Assembly (NCBI GenBank): GCA_001687465.1
Contig: LVLI01000536.1
Coordinates: forward strand, 56,117-76,116
Source of the DNA: Halocafeteria seosinensis
Taxonomy: Eukaryota
Direction: 5' to 3'
DNA length: 20,000 bases
In this document: piece after piece, positions 19,005 through 20,000 of the stretch
How the letters are laid out: each line of letters starts with the position of its first letter
Position numbering within the stretch: position 1 is the first letter of the stretch
The notes under the pieces: model-generated
Told to the model about the DNA's origin: nothing
Database searches by the model: none
Seen by the model: only the letters and a program-made list of their open reading frames with translations
Translations under genes and position numbers: made by a program

Positions 19005-20000
19005 ATGGCGGATAATTCCAAGTGCCGCAGGAGCTATCGTGTATATACAGCCCTAGACACGATAATGATGAGAGATTCTCGTCCACCCACAGGCATAAAT
19101 CGAATACAGTCATGGATACTACTACTGGTACTCGTGCTCATGTCCACGTGGGCGCTTGGAGACTCAAAATTGTCTACATCCAGGTCACCCTTTACAATGT
19201 CCGAGGATGATACCAAGACCAAGGAGGAGCATGAAATCGATCCCTGGCACCAACTGGAAACATGCTCGGATTGGGAAAGGAATCAGCTGTCTGAAATGCC
19301 ACATACCGTCGTCACACCCGTGACGAGAGATTTGGAGGGAGATTTTACCCTACTCACGCGGGTACTTGCAGATAATGATGCCGCTATAATTGTTCGTGTG
19401 CACAAAAAGACCACCAACCAGCGGATCGCATACATGGACAGTAGCAACCGGAAAGACCCATTTGGTTCGAGGTATTCCTACTCAAGTGCTGGCTTGTACC
19501 GAATTGCTTTGGGAACTGCCAATAACGGGACCAATGGGCACACCGTAGAGCGAATGGATACGTGTACGGTCCCTGGAGTTACATGTCCTGTACCTCGACG
19601 ACGGCCATCAATGTGGAGCCAGGAACAGCCAGAATTGAGGGTCTTCCTTTTTGGTGGCTTTCGATACACTGTTCAAGGAACTATAGAATACCTGAGTGAC
19701 ATGTGGGTTTGGTACTCGGCCGCACAGAGATGGAGCAGAGTATTCATTGAGAATGGAGCAACACCGGTAGCCAGATATTCTGGAACCTCGTGGAGTCGGG
19801 GCTATTTTCACTTTCTCGCTGGAGGATTCCGCGATCCTTCACTTGAAAGTGCACAGGAATTATGGTGGTTCGATGGTAGTGCTCTAACGGGATGGTCGGT
19901 GCAGTATGTTCGTCGCGGCGCCTTCTTACCGGCAATAACGTATCGTAGTTATAGGACAAGTCCCTGTGATACATATTTCATACCGAGCCACTTTGAAGAC
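19005..20000 (+). CDS. Putative secreted Kelch-like repeat protein, 3'-truncated by window edge (paralogue of 13981-16151); alternative start ATG 19065/19068
   Basis: Manual translation gives 332 open codons from ATG 19005 to the end: MADNSK...MMRDSRPP...SWILLLVLVLMSTWALG (signal-like)...TCPVPRRRPSMWSQEQPELRVFLFGGFRY...YLSDMWVWYSAAQRWSRV...PVARYSGTSWSRGYFHFLAGGF...QELWWFDG. Probably absent from the ORF track because it has no stop in the window. Confidence 0.85.
   Translation, partial: MADNSKCRRSYRVYTALDTIMMRDSRPPTGINRIQSWILLLVLVLMSTWALGDSKLSTSRSPFTMSEDDTKTKEEHEIDPWHQLETCSDWERNQLSEMPHTVVTPVTRDLEGDFTLLTRVLADNDAAIIVRVHKKTTNQRIAYMDSSNRKDPFGSRYSYSSAGLYRIALGTANNGTNGHTVERMDTCTVPGVTCPVPRRRPSMWSQEQPELRVFLFGGFRYTVQGTIEYLSDMWVWYSAAQRWSRVFIENGATPVARYSGTSWSRGYFHFLAGGFRDPSLESAQELWWFDGSALTGWSVQYVRRGAFLPAITYRSYRTSPCDTYFIPSHFED

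Overview
Eukaryotic, apparently intron-poor genomic DNA from a flagellated organism; the dynein C-terminus reads stramenopile-like, which is inference only. Bases 1-9107 are the 5'-truncated, uninterrupted coding region of an axonemal inner-arm-type (DNAH1-like) dynein heavy chain. A + strand accessory cluster of probable secreted/surface proteins follows. It has two tandem paralogues with seven GLUG-type repeats and a Ser/Thr/Pro stalk (9629-11062, 11872-13635). It also has two paralogous Kelch-like genes: one broken by stops and a frameshift (~13980-16151) and one open to the window edge and absent from the ORF track (19005->20000). Between the Kelch genes lies a ~2.5 kb decayed mobile element (~16314-18841). 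On the - strand it carries a shattered hAT-like transposase: acidic tract, NLS, BED-like zinc finger, Hermes-like DNA-binding segment, no recognisable catalytic core, and an extra C-terminal SH3/Tudor/BAH-like piece. Its ends are unusual: a short imperfect inverted repeat plus a 66-bp block in DIRECT orientation containing an identical 24-bp hairpin and identically spaced CCGG motifs. All domain calls are by eye; no searches were run.
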